From assembly GCA_030704615.1 (NCBI GenBank), contig CM060731.1:51212001-51276000 (forward strand): 64,000 bases of DNA. The letters run 5' to 3'. The notes beneath the pieces are model-generated. The model was not told the origin of the DNA. It did no database searches and saw nothing but the letters and a program-made list of their open reading frames with translations. Origin of the DNA: Takakia lepidozioides. Lineage: Eukaryota; Plantae; Bryophyta. Position 1 is the first letter of the stretch. Every line of letters starts with the position of its first letter. Shown here piece by piece: positions 37,393-50,773 of this stretch. Both the position numbers and the translations under genes were made by a program.

Positions 37393-37815
37393 TGCGACCG
37401 TCAGTAAAGGTTGGTCGGACAAATTTTTATTTTTTTAAAATAGGTGCGACCACCAGAAGGGGGTGGTCGCACATTTTTTCTTATTTTTTAAATGGGTGCG
37501 ACCACCAGCAGGTGGTGGTCGCAACATTTTCATTTTTTTTAATAGTAGCGACCACAAGTAGAGGTTGGTCGCACATTTAAAAAATAAATAAAATTGGGTG
37601 CGACCACCAGCAGGTGGTGGTCGCAACTTTTTCAAATTTTTTTAAATAGGTGCGATCACCAGCAGGGTATGGTCGCACATTTTTAATTATTTTTTAAATG
37701 GGTGCGACCACCAGCAAGGGATGGTCGCACATTTTTAATTATTTTTTAAATGGGTGCGACCACCAGCCGGTGGTGGTCGCAGACTTTTTCTTTTTTGTTA
37801 TTAGGTGCGACCGCT
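37393..37815. repeat. Array of ~9 hairpin units (TGCGACCACC-N-GGTGGTCGCA) with ~52-bp period and A/T-tract spacers
   Basis: Units at ~37394, 37443, 37495, 37548, 37597, 37649, 37701, 37753 and 37804. Confidence 0.9.
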
Positions 37816-37881
37816 CCCTGGACATGTGACGAGGCGTGAATGGGCAGCAGAGGCGGTCGCACGCCGGGCCTCTCGAGGTAG

Positions 37882-37888
37882 TATATAA
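37882..37888 (+). promoter_or_regulatory. TATA box upstream of the kinase-like gene
   Basis: TATATAA followed by a pyrimidine-rich leader, ~300 bp before ATG 38178. Confidence 0.45.
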
Positions 37889-38177
37889 GGGCCTACCCCT
37901 CATTCCCAACCCATTTTTTTCCTTCTCTGTGAGTGCGGTTCTGGGGCGTCTTGGAGTTTGAACTTCGATGGCCAGGACTGAGCGTGGGGGGATGAGAAAG
38001 TGGATTTGTGTGGGGAAGGAATTTTTGCCTTTTTTTCCTGGGACTGCGGGAGAGTTTGCTTTGGGTACTATACCAATAGAGGGTGAGGAAATTGGTCTGC
38101 TAGTATATAAGGTTATCAATAGTCTGGGTTTAGTTTTCCGTTACGAAGCCGCGTCTATTCCGCAGAGTACTTTCATC

Positions 38178-39589
38178 ATGTCCGGAAACGTTGCTTCGAA
38201 CACAGTGTCAGGGGGTTCCTCGGGAAGTGGGCGTAAAGGTAGGAAGCGTAAACATGCACATAAATGGGATAGTCAGGTCAACAAAAAAGACTATCCAAGC
38301 GCAGAGGCCGCGAAGGTGGTGAAGCAAGTAGTGCTAGATTATTTGAAGGACAATGACATAATGCGTTTGAATCTTTTGTATGTCCGACATGGGAATGAGG
38401 GGTTCCTTAGATTCCAACACAATATGGAGATGAGAATGAGGGAGGCTTTGGCCGGGGATGAATGGGAGGAGGACAGGGCGAAGTTCCAGTTCACGAAATG
38501 GATGGAGGACCGGCCCCATAATGCCACATGGAATCTGAGGCAAACCATGGACAAGTTTGTTACAAGAGCACCTGTAGCTGAAGGTTGCATGCCAACTTCG
38601 GAGGAGGAGTTCTTTGTGCTTGTGGATTGGTGGTCTGACATGGCAAAGGCCCACGCCAAACGACGTACAAAACCACTCCCATGGAAGGCAGGGTCCTCAT
38701 CCGCAGATGCGGCATTGAACGTGAAATACATATCCACAAACGCACAGGTACAACAACTCGACAGGGAAACAAATGCTGAGCTTGCCAAAGTCCAACATAA
38801 CAATGAGGCGTTGGCTATAAAGTTCCATCATTTCGGCATCATAAAGTATTTTGCGTTGCATCCACGTCGAAATGAAGGTTACACACATTGGTGGAATGGG
38901 GGGACCATACGATCATGGTTGAGTATTGACAGGAAATGGGGGAATGATCGGGATAACAGAGAGTTAATGGAATGACTGGGGACGGAGCAGGAAATGCAGG
39001 AGGTCAACCGACTGGTTCGATTCCGACAAAATCGCACCCAATTGGCATGGGCGCTTTTGCACATCATGCTCAACATCCATAACACCACCTCTTGCACAAC
39101 GACATGTCCCCCGACAACATCTTGTTGCATTTTCCACAAGGGTCTGAAGATGTATTCATCGGGGTATGCGATTGGGGGATGGTCTCCACGACGGATGACC
39201 CAAAAACCACGTTGTACATTTTCGAGAGCAGAGACAAGATGATAAAGACTCTCGCACATAGATGGTGGATTGCACCTGAAATTACAATTGTTCATAATGT
39301 AGCCAACAACCAGTCAGATGGCACACCTCGTAGGCCCCCTCTAACCGTGTCATCAGAGACCTTTGCAATTGGGAAGATAGCCCAGGCAATAAATAGGGGT
39401 AACACGTTCGATGCAAGTCTGTTCAATGATATGTCTACTGGAACCTGTTTTACTTCCGCTCTGAAAAACTTGTGTGTAGACACAGTAAAGTTGCGGTACA
39501 AACTAGAAAATGTTGTGAAGCGTTTCATGACGGGGCTATTCAATTGGCCTGAGCCCAAAAATTGCTGGAGGATGGATAGAAACTTGTAG
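38178..39589 (+). pseudogene. Intronless atypical protein kinase (stop at 38973, frameshift near 39085)
   Basis: HFGIIKYFA, WWNGGTI, LHNDMSPDNILLHF, IGVCDWG, WWIAPE, SETFAIG kinase motifs. Confidence 0.82.
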
Positions 39590-39754
39590 ACCTCTGACGC
39601 TACATCATGTTTGAATAAATGTTGTTTTCAATTGTGTTTGTCTCGTACCATAATGTTTTAATGGTTTGTTACTTGGCCATGGCACCTGGGTCCATCATAT
39701 GGGATAATCAAGCACCACACCCACGAATCTTGAAGAGTGACAGTGTACACCGGG

Positions 39755-41720
39755 TCAATGGGTGAACCAATCGTTCCCCTGCCAAATGATTTTAGATTGA
39801 TTTGAAACTTTGGGAGTGTGTTGTACATGCCCTCTTTAAGTTACCGGACAAGTATAAGGTCAATCTAAAATGGTTCTAAGGATGAACCAATAGTTCTTCT
39901 ATTAAATGATTCATGATTGTAATTTGGTTGAGGGCAAATGATTATTTCTTCGCTTGCAACTTTGTGTACGTGATTTGTACGTACTTAAGCACATATGGAC
40001 CAAAGTTGAACTTCAACAAAGTTGTTTGAATCGGTTATTCAAATTCATAAGGAGAAACAACCTTTCGCCTGCACATGAATTGTTTTTAATTCCATTCTGA
40101 AGCCATATGCTTGGTAACAACATGAAGAGTTGCATGCAAAATATCACCATGAACAGACATCGTCTGCATCCAAAACACATTTTATTCCCTCATTTGCACT
40201 CCAAGGTGAAGTTATCTTCAACTTCATGCACTCTTCATAGAGAGTTCTGCAATAGTGAGCATAGAGCAAAGGATGAACGTTTTTTTCCAAACATTTTTCT
40301 TTGGTACATTTTTTGGCAAGGATGTGGTGGTGTGAGGGTTCAACTCACAGAACAAAATCAAGCCAAAAACAAAACCATTGCGCCCCACAATCCTATGCCC
40401 TCTAAATCATTTTATTTAGTAAAAATCCAGTTCAATTCAAAATTGGATGAAAGGGTGAACGGAAACTTCCCTGATGAAATGATATTTTATTGCTCCGAAA
40501 CTTTGCAAGTGTCTTCTACATGCCCTCTTACACGTCTTTGAGAAGTATGACATCAATCTAAAAAATGGTTTAAAAAGGGTGAACCAATCGTCCCTCTACC
40601 AAATGATTTTAAATTGATTTGAAACTTTGCAAGTGTCTTGTACATGCCCTCTTACAGGTCTTTCACAAGTTTCAAATCAATCTAAAATGGTTGAAAGGGT
40701 GAATCAATCATGAACATATCAGATGATTTTGGAGTGCTTTAAAGCTTTGCAAGTGTCTTTCACATGCCATTTTAAAGGTACCGGACAAGTATGAGGTCAG
40801 TAGAATATGGTTGAAAGGGTGAACCAATTGTTCCACTATCAAATGATTTTACATTGCTTTGAAGCTTTGCAAGTGTCAGCCACATGCCCTCCTACAAGTA
40901 CCGAACAAGTATGATGTGAATAAAAAATGGTTGAAAAGGTGAACCAATCATTTCGCTATCAAATGATAATGGCGGGGGAGTAGTGGTGGGATGCTGGAAG
41001 CTGCAGAACAAATTGAGCCAAAAACAAAATCGATACGTGCCAGAAACCCCCAATGAAAGGCAGTGCAAACCTATTTATTGGCTTAAAATTAATTTAAATT
41101 CAATTACATTATGGAATGGCTTGGTGTCGATGGGGAGGCAAATGATTTATTCGTCTGTTGTGTCTCCGCACACATGTTCAAGCACATGCGGGCAAAAGAG
41201 GGGCTTCAACCACATCCATTCAGTGGGTGCAATAGTCGTGCACGCATTGCAGGATTTTTTTTCCGCAATGAACAAAAACCAGATGACAACTGAACGCCTC
41301 ATTGGCCCATCGAACAAATTTCGATTGATCTTATATTACACTGGGACCTATCAGAGGGTACATTGAACACACTGGCCAAGTCTCAAAGCGAACGAAAATC
41401 ATTTGGATGGGCAACCATCCGTCGGCCCATTGAACAAATTTCGGTTGATCTCATATTACTCTGGGGCCTCTTCCATGGCACATTGAACATACTGGCTAAG
41501 TCTCAAAAATCATCTCGATGGCCAACCATCCGTGCATGCCCTCTTAAAGGTACCGGACAAGTATGAGTTCGATTTAAAATATTGCAATGGGTGAACCAAT
41601 GGTATCTTCATTCAGCAATTTTTGATTGTTTTGAAACTTTGCTAGTATATTGTACATGTCGTCAAACAGGTACCGAACAAGTATGAGGTCATTTAAAAAT
41701 GGTTCAAAGGATGAACCTCG
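39755..41720. repeat. Degenerate ~120-bp tandem repeat
   Basis: gggtgaaccaat...caaatgatttt...gaaactttgcaagtgtc...catgccctc...gacaagtatga units at ~40457, 40577, 40697, 40817 and 40937, with outlying copies. Confidence 0.85.
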
Positions 41721-41814
41721 TATTTTCAAAAATTATGTAGACTATACAATGGGTTGCACATTTAAGTTTTCGCAACCTGAGACCTTTGGCCTACTACCTA
41801 CGTTTCTAGCCTTT

Positions 41815-43822
41815 CTAATCATCTTCATCTAGATTTATTACTTCGTTATCATCATCTCCAGATGTTGATGAAGATGCTGCGGGTGTAGAGGACGTGCCTC
41901 CACCTGTACGGAGAGCTCGAGCCTGGGCTCGAGTGGTCAAAGAGGGACCCAGTGTTGTGTGGTCCACCCTTGCCATCATGCGTAGCGTTCTAGGCGAGTG
42001 CTGATTCTCTTTCACATTTGCCAGAGCTGGGTGTGTCGCTCTTGCTACGGCTTCATGCAATTTTTCAATTAAATCCGATATGTTTGGAAGTGGCAAGAAC
42101 ACCCCTGGAATAGGGGCAACTTGGTCACGCCATGTGTTCTGCCAATACTTTACAGCACTCGTGATGGCAGCCTTGAAATTGTCCAACACCTCCTCCTGCT
42201 GGGGGTCTCTGCGCAACTCTGGAAGAAATGGCCCTTCATCCCGACGAGGCACCCAGTACGTCTCATTCATATCCTCCCAACGGATGCTAGCGGCCTCCAA
42301 CTCCCTCAGAAATAGGTCTCTCCCAATCGGTTCACGATTGTATGGGTCGTTTTCCACTGGCACCCACGGATCCTCAGGCAATCGGAAGAATCTTTGTCTG
42401 GTACAGCTCCAATGCCCTCCCAAGTTCCGGCAAAAAAGCTCCCTTTGGACTGGGTCCCGTATGCCTCTAGCACACACGGTTATTTCCCAGTTGGATGTCA
42501 CCCAAAAGGTCACCGGATCTTTAACCCTAGTTAACGTCTTCGCATCCAAGGCGTGCATCTCTCTTGGAGCATCCCATGTCATTGTCTCCCCCCAGTGCTG
42601 CCAATTTAAAATATCGTAAGGCGATACATCCAATGGCATGTTGTACCGGTTGTACTCGTATCCCGTTGGCATATTGTCTTGCAACCCAAACAACTCGTAG
42701 AAACGTCGATGGATTGGTCCACGACAGTCAGGGCATTGGCTGGCTCGCATGGCTGCCGATATGAGACATGCGGGATGGAACAAATGGCCACATGAACCAA
42801 GCATATAGCCTCCCTCCGGTCCATAAGGGTTTAGGTACGTTGTGCACACCGTACCATCTGTTACCCATGACGCTGGATTGCTCTGTGGTATCCACGTCCG
42901 TTTATCCTCATGAATGTAGGATAACATCCTCGGCCTGGTGTCCTACTCCTCCTCTACTTCCAAATCCAAGTTTATGCTGTTATTGGTATCGGAAATTGTA
43001 TGCACATAGTGCTCAAACATGGCATCCACATCAGCCCATGTGGTGAATCCAGTGTACTTTGACGTGAATACATCACGCACAGTGTCGTGCCTTTACAAAT
43101 TAGCATAGATGCTATCTACACTTTGATTCGACAAACGTGCTGCACGTTGGAGGGATGACAACGTTTCTTCTATCCGTGTTTCCCGCGATGCTAGATGGTC
43201 AGACATTTGCACTTCATTCCCATGCCCGATTGAGTCAACCCCGTCGATGACGCGGTCAATGTCCATTGGTGGCATATTCAAACGCGCAAATATGTCTTGC
43301 TCGTTGGTGATTGGCCTCGGGTCCTGAAGCACACCGCGTACGTTGTCGAGAGTCCCCAACCCCATTCTTTCCAGCAACTTCGCTATTTGCCACCGTTGCA
43401 AATGAACAATGTCCTGCAGGTCTTTGATGTGCTATTCATGTGCGGCCAACTATTCCTCCAACGAAAAGCGTACCTCGCCCCCCTCCACCTCAGACGTTTA
43501 AGGCCCGGCTGCGGAAACCTGTTGCAGCATATAATCTGGAGGTTGGTCTGCATTTCCTCCTTCTTCCACATCGTCGTTTCCATCCGCCTTTCCTCCTTCT
43601 TCCACCTCGTCGTTTCCATCGAACCATATGATATCCTGCCCCTGACGTATATACAAGTCTGGGATATCAGAGAACATGTATAGTCTAGTACGCTGTCTCG
43701 CAGTGGCAGTTTGCCAATCCACTGGTCGTAATAGAATCAATTCTGTGTACAACATGGCCGCAAATAAATACGGGACCTTGTTGTTGACGAGCGGTTGACC
43801 CCACAATGTTGTATGTACCTCC
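41815..43822 (-). pseudogene. Intronless RING-finger protein gene with in-frame stops, 5' end interrupted by copy C
   Basis: CTTYLNPYGPEGGYMLGSCGHLFHPACL..CPDC (RING-H2-like, second Cys replaced); ORF pieces 43498-43806, 43093-43401 and 41815-42927 are in one frame. Confidence 0.72.
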
Positions 43823-44522
43823 TGTTAGAGGGCTGTTTGGGACTTAGACGCTTTTACAGGTTCTGTGGGGTACCCTTAATTTTTGCGCAGACTTACGAAT
43901 GGAAGACTTAGATCAACAGAGGCCTTAGGGGTGACAGGCACATGCTTTAGGGGTAGTAGACAAGCTTTACACAGCCCGTCACAACGTACATAAGGAACGG
44001 TTATCATTGACAGGGAGCGACTGTGTGGGAACGACATCTGCAGAGGGAACGTGTTACTTCAGGGGTGACAGATAGTTAGTTAGGTGGTTAGAACAGCTTG
44101 CGGGTAGATGAGGAGAGCAGCACCAGGAAGGGGAGGAGGACACGGGAGCACTTCTTGGTCAAGTAGGGGAGGAGATTGAGCAGAGAGCAAGAGGATGAGC
44201 AAGGATAGAGAGCACGGTGAAGGTAGAGAGATGAACAACAAATGCTTGTTATATGTAGAGCTGTAGGGATATTGTAGAGCAGATTAGAGACACCATGGCT
44301 ACGGCCTGATACCTGATAATCTGAGTCTGATACTTATTTGGTACAACACACACTGTTTAGAGTGACTTGAGTGAAGCTGTGGAATGAATGATTGATTGAT
44401 TGGAGCTTGATAGATACTGAAGCAATCTGATGCTTCAGTATACACAGTAAGGAAATTGGCTAACATGAAGGCAAGAAGAAATACAAATAGGAAGCACAAC
44501 CATGATTCACTAGCTGTAGGTC

Positions 44523-45217
44523 ATGACTGATTGTTCTGAGCGGGCTGAGTGCTTAGAGATATCCAACTCTTCTATCTTGGAGTTTCCGCCTCGGATAGCG
44601 AAGGGATGGGTGAGTAAAAGCCGCTCGACATTTGGCGACCATACTAGGGAACTGGGTCATGAACAACCATATGTGACAGGCATCTGGTGGGATCATGGTG
44701 GTTGGAGAATTAAAGAATTTGATGTGAATCAAATTCCTTGTGGAACTGAGAAGGAAAGATTGTCCAAACAATTCTTTCAGAGGTTCTTGGAATTGTCAGA
44801 TGGTTGTAAAGAAAACATTCTTAAGAGAGTGCATGATGCTGACCCTGAGTGGGGTCTGGAGAAAGGAGTGATAAAGATTTATCAAGTGGCCTGTAGAGGG
44901 AGAGCACGTTGGTTACCAACACTGGTTTATGTGATAGCATTGCTATCCATTAAGCGAGTGGAGTTTGAAGGCTGGGAGGAAAGGAAAGTGAATGTTTACA
45001 CTCATATGCATGAAGAGCTTGTACTGGTAAGAATTGGATTCCTAAGGATATCCTGTGGATCAAACTGACACCAAGAACAGTTTTTCAGACGTGCTTGCCA
45101 TATGGATATATGGTAACAGAGACCTCTAATATAGCCAAAGGTGCATTGAAGCTGGAAAGAAATCCGGGCATATACGAGAGGTACTACAGAAAAGAGTTTT
45201 GGTTATTGCCTCATTAA
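44523..45217 (+). pseudogene. ORF0 homologue of copy C (1-nt frameshift near 45030)
   Basis: MTDCSERAECLEIS...EFWLLPH, near-identical protein to 34453-35148. Confidence 0.75.
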
Positions 45218-45237
45218 AGATATGAAAGACATGGGAC

Positions 45238-48200
45238 ATGAGTGATGAAAGAGAAGCTAGACTCCAGAGATATTTAGCAAAAAGAGAAAGTTATCTGAGA
45301 GCTAATTATCCATATCTTTGGGAGAGGGGAATAGACATAGGGGAATCATCTGGACCTCTCACACCATTAAGATCAGAGAGTACATCACCCATACCGGAAG
45401 AACTAGAGTTGGATGTCACTCCTTCTTATTCTTTACAAGAAAGATTAAGGGAATTGGTACAGGAAGAAGACTAGCCACAAGGGGAGAGATCTGAGGTACA
45501 TCCCTAGATAAAAGATTTGACAGAAATCTTTGATAAGAGTTGGCATGGAACACCAAAAGCAGGAACTCCAGTTTCTGAAGCGGAAGACAAAGAAGGAGGG
45601 GAGGATGTGGCAGAGCCAACGGAGAGTACAGACTCTCCAACACCATTGCAATTGAGTTACATGAGTGAAGAAGAAGAAACCCAAAGACAGGACTTGGGAG
45701 ATGAAAACAGAGAGAAGAAATTGGAAGATGATGAGTATGAAGAAGTAGACCCAACAGTTGAGGTTGAGACTACAACCAGGACATCCCAACCTGTTCAACC
45801 TGGATCAAGTGGAGCACATGCCAACGAAGGTGTCGGCTCAGGGGGATCAGGCGGGCAGCCTGGATCTGGCTCTGGGGGGACAAAGAGTGTGGGAAGTAGT
45901 GCAACTGGAGCTGGGAATACTGTGAATATAGTGGGGCCAGTAGCAGGGAGTGCTCAGGGGCCAGCACCTGGTGGGAGTTCCACCACTACTACAACAGGTC
46001 CTCAAGGACCAACACCAGCAGGGGGACCAGCACCTGTCAGTGGGCAGGGTGTAGGGCCACAGATGGCGGTGCAACCAACACGGGCAAAACCACCTTTTCC
46101 AATATATGCAGGAAAAAGAGATCCTAATGTACACATCAGCCAATTTGACGACATGTACATTGTGAACAATGAAAATGACGATGATGCTAAGATGAGACTG
46201 TTTCCATGTTCACTTATTAAGAAAGCAAGTGAATGGTATGCAAGATTCCCTGATAATCATTTCCTAACCTGGAATGGCCTTAGTACAACATTCCGAAACA
46301 GGTTTAGGACAAGCAAAACTGAGGATGAAGTGTATGGAAGTTTACAACAGTTAAGGCAAAATAAGCATGAAACTGTTGAGGAGTACATGGAAAAGATGGA
46401 GTTAATGATGAAAAAGCTGGCTGCTGTACCAGCGCCAGGGTTACAGAAGACCTGGTTTGTGAGTGGACTAAGACTAGCGTTGCCAAAGAAAGTGGATATG
46501 TTACCCCATAATACAGTGGAGGAGGCATTTGAAACAGCCAACAGGATTGAGCAATTAGGAATGTTCAAAAGAGATAAAAGGGATGATGAGGACTTTGAGG
46601 ATGAGACAGATGAGGAAGAAGAGCAAGAGCTCAAAAGGAAGAGTAAGAAAAAGGAGAAGTTGAAGAGGGAAAACTATGAGAAAAGATTGGAAGAGATCTT
46701 GAAGAAGTATGCCACAGAGGCTGCAACTCATTGGAGGAAGGGTGTTTGGTGTGCGAAATGCCAGAATGAAGGCCATACCACAGCTGAATACCACATGAAG
46801 GAGAAACATTGTACTATATGTAAAATGGATAACCATTCCACTGAGAATTGTTATTACAACAGAATGACAGCTGCAAGAGAACCTAGGCAAGTAAGGGTGC
46901 ATCAAGTGCAGCCCCAGCCAAGAAGAAACAGTGATCAGGACCACTATGGTAGGCCTGGTGGTTATAACAATGGTATGGAAGGGAGAGGTAATCCAAGAGG
47001 GAATTACCAAGGCAATCCCAGGGGCAACTATCAAGGTAATCCAAGGGGGAATTACCAGCCATGGAATTAGGATTATAGAAATAATCCCAGAGCAGATCAA
47101 GGGCGAGGACCCAATGGTGAAGAACTGTGTTACTATTGTAATCAGGCAGGACATCGCAAGGCAGCCTGTCCATTCTGGATCAGACACTAGAATGAGATGA
47201 GAGCTCCTGTGAATGAGGGCCCAGTGGTGGCAACTCACATGGTTAGGCCATGTTTTGTACCAGAAGTGAGTACGATGATAGTAACCGGAAGCAAAGCTAA
47301 ACTAATACCTCCAGTAGATGAGGAAAATGATGATAATGAAGATGGTAGTGAAGGCTTGGAGAGATGAGAAAGAACTGCACAAGGAAGTGACAGATACCAT
47401 AAGGGAAATGCAGAAGAGTGCTGATATCCCTATGGCAGATTCCTCTGATTCTGAAAGAGAAGATGAAGAGAGTGAAGATGAAGTGAGGAAAGAAGCTGCA
47501 CAAGTGCAGAGTAATGAAGGGACTTTGGCCGAAGTAATATGCCAGACCAAAGTTGAGATTACCATTGGACAGCTATTGGCTGTGGCACCCCATTGCAAGC
47601 ACAGGCTGTATCAAGCAATCAATCAGATTGCTTGTGTGACAGAGAACACAGGCATGAACAACAAGGTGACCAGTTATAATGTGAAGCTGGAAGGGCGGGA
47701 AACAGTCATGGACTTTGATGATTCTATGCCAGTAATCCAATTGAGGATTGGAAGCACGGACCTGACTGATGTACTGATAGATGGAAGCTCTGGAGTGAAT
47801 ATCATGACAGACTAGTTAAGGCATAAGCTTGGTCTAAGTAACATGAAACCACCCCCTTTCACAGTAACAATGGCGGATCAAAGAAGTGTTTCAGCCATTA
47901 GGCTTGATAAGAAGAGTGAAGATACAAATTCAAAAGATGATCTTTAAGATCACAGTGACTGTATTAAAGATGGATGATGTCATGGAAGCTTACTCCTTAT
48001 TGCTGGGTCGACCATGGCTGAAGCCAGGGTATTCCATGACTAGAATTCCCAGTTATTAACTGTGCATGATGGAAAGCACAAGATACAAATCACCACTAAG
48101 AAATCTAGTAGACTGCCTGCTACGAGAAGACCTCGGGAAGTCAGAGAGTATGACTGGAGGAGAGGACTTGATGAGGAGCAGGAAGCTACCCTGTTCGCTG

Positions 48201-49860
48201 CACACCCAGAGTAGGAGCAGGTTGCAGAAATGCAACTGGAAGGCCTAAGTTGTTTAAAAGGTATCTGCTGTGGTGTAGTAATAGCAACACTAATTGAGGG
48301 TGAAACAAGCAGTTACCCACCACATTTCTATGAGGAAAGAGAGGGGGAAATGGAAATCCTAGAAGAACCAGCCACTGTAAGTTTACAAGATGAAGTAGTG
48401 ACTGGTTGGACAATCACAGCTGATGAGCAAGTGAGAGAAGTGAATGTGGGAACTGAGAAGGAACCAAGAATGGTGAAAGTAGGGGCTGACTTAGAACCAG
48501 AATTCTTTGAGGAAGCTAAGAGTCTATTCATCAAATACAGAGATGTATTTGCTTGGAGCTATGAGGATCTGAAAGGGATACTACCTGAGATCTGTCAGCA
48601 TAAGATTGAACTGGAACTAGGGTCAGTACCAATCAAACATGCAAGGTATATAATGAATCCCAACTATGCACAGAAGGTTGGGGAGGAGATCAAGAAGTTG
48701 GCTGAGGCTAAGTTCATATACCCGATAGAGTATACAACATGGTTGTCACCCATTGTGATAGTTCCCAAAAAGAATGTTAAACTGAGAGTTTGTGTGAACT
48801 ATAAGAAGTTGAATGCTTATACAAAGAAAGATCCCTTCCCTTTGCCATTCACAGAAGCGGTGCTGGACACTGTGGCAGGCCATGGGATATAATCATTCAT
48901 GGATGGCTTCAGTGGGTATACCCAAGTGCAAGTGGCAGAGCAGAAGAAGACCAGGGCAAGACAGCTTTCATCACAGACTGGGGTACTTATGCATACAAAG
49001 TCATGCCTTTTAGACTTTGTAATGCATCAGCAACTTTTCAGAGAGTGATAAGTGAATCTTTCCATATGTATCTGGATGATTTCATGCAGGTGTTCTTAGA
49101 TGACTTAAGTGTGTATAGTTCTAAGAATGAGCACTTGCATAAATTGGAGTTATGTTTGGCCAGATGCAGGATGAGAGGACTGGGCTTAAATCCAGAGAAG
49201 TGTACTTTCTGTGTGAACTCAGGGGTATTTTTTGGACACATTGTGTGTAAGAGGGGACTGCTTGTGGATCCCAGAAAGACAGAGGCTATTAAAGCCTCTC
49301 AGCCACCAGGAAATGTTAAGAGTCTAAGGAGATTCCTTGGACAAACCAGTTATTACAGAAGATTTGTCAGACGGTATGCACAGATAGCAGCACCATTGAG
49401 CAAGCTTCTGAAGAAAGATGCAGTGTTTGCATGGACAGCTGAATGTCAACAAGCTTTTGAAGAACTTACATTGTCAGTAACAACTACACCTGTGCTGATT
49501 AACCCTCACTGGCATGTAGTATTTCATGTTCACTGTGATGCCTCAGGAGAAGCATTGGGAGCAGTGTTAGCCCAAAATGTTACAGGAAACATAGATTCAC
49601 CTGTGTACTATGCTAGCAGGTTGACGAACAGTGCTGAAAAGAACTATAGCACAACTGAAAGAGAAGCATTGGCAATGATTTATGCAGTCAAGAAATTCAG
49701 GCATTACCTGTTGGGAAGAAAATTTATGTTTTATGTGGATCATCAGGCTTTGATCTATTTGGTGAACAAGCCTTTGATAAGTGGTAGGATAGCGAGATGG
49801 TTAATAATCTTGCACGAGTTTGAGTTCGAAGTTGTTTACAAGCCTGGGCGTTTGCATCTT
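45238..49860 (+). pseudogene. gag-pol: gag-pol of copy C (degenerate, truncated)
   Basis: MSDEREARLQRY, gag core, CCHC knuckles, LIDGSSGVN, RT FLDDL, RNase H; many stops and frameshifts. Confidence 0.92.
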
Positions 49861-50409
49861 GGGGGGCGATTATGGTATAGCTTTATAGGATTGTGTGCTT
49901 AGATTGTGTGGTGGACAACGATGTATGTTGTGGCACGATGCTTAGGTGCACGACAGCTGTCATGGTTTTAGTCATGGTTATCTAGAATTACCTACTTCTG
50001 GTTAACTATGACACTTTAGATATTTATATTTATATTTTGTGTGTTGGGACTTCATTGGGTCTCACATGCCAAGTGAGGTGTCGACCCTCACTTGGGACAT
50101 GGGGATAGGTTTTCTCCTTGTGAGGATAGAGGAGGCTCATCTTTTTGTAATTGAGCCTCCATTAGCCTCTCCCACCTCCATAGCTCTAGGTATTGAGAGG
50201 GAGTGTGGTGAGGGCTTTGTAGGGTGGATTCCTTTAGCAAAGGTGCCCTTGGCTTGATTTAGTTTATGTGATTGAGAGGATTCATGAGTGGAGTGTTTCC
50301 ATTGTGTTCACTTTCCATTATCATTGTGGTATAGTTTTCTAGGATTGTGTGCTTAGATTGTGTGGTGGACAGCGATGTATGTTGTGGTACGATGCTTAGG
50401 TGCATGACA
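49861..50409 (+). mobile_element. PPT plus two 85-bp mini-LTRs (49871-49955, 50325-50409) related to the PHD-Gypsy LTR
   Basis: ggggggcgat then t(a/g)tggtatag...ggtgca(c/t)gaca direct repeats; share the PPT and the tggacagcgatgta...gtgcacgaca end with 62294-62480. Confidence 0.65.
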
Positions 50410-50773
50410 GTGATATGGTTAGGCTTCACCCCTCCGCGGATCATTTGCTCATAGGTCTCCAAAGCCTCCATCCCACACCCATGTTGTGCATATCATGCGA
50501 TCATCGTGTTCCATGACATCACATTTCGTTCAACCATGTTGTCGAACACTTCCTCTGCATCTTCGATACTCCCACATTTGGCATACATATCGAGCAATGC
50601 AGCGTTCCATATGACATGTGGTACCATTCCAGATCTGACAATGTCACCATAGACCTCTTTGCCTTTTTCCAAGGTTGTCAGGCTCGCACATGCATTGCAA
50701 ACGCAAACAAACGTGATATGGTTGGGCTTCACATCTTCCTCATCATTTGCTCATATGTCTCCAAAGCCTCGAT
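50410..50773 (-). pseudogene. PLS-class PPR fragment
   Basis: KPNHITFVCVCNACASLTTLEKGKEV...ALLDMYAKCGSIEDAEEVFDNMVERNVMSWNTMIA*YAQHGCGMEAL. Confidence 0.9.

Larger units (their letters stand above)
43823..49860 (+). mobile_element. Ty3/Gypsy copy C (5' LTR, PBS, ORF0, gag, PR, RT, RH), truncated before integrase
   Basis: LTR 43823-44630, PBS tggcgaccatactaggga 44633-44650, homologous to copy B, ends at YKPGRLHL. Confidence 0.93.

Noticed and set aside
37393-37815. CRISPR-like array of palindromic repeats
   Set aside because: Spacers are short, mutually similar A/T tracts, the repeats vary, there are no cas genes and the context is eukaryotic
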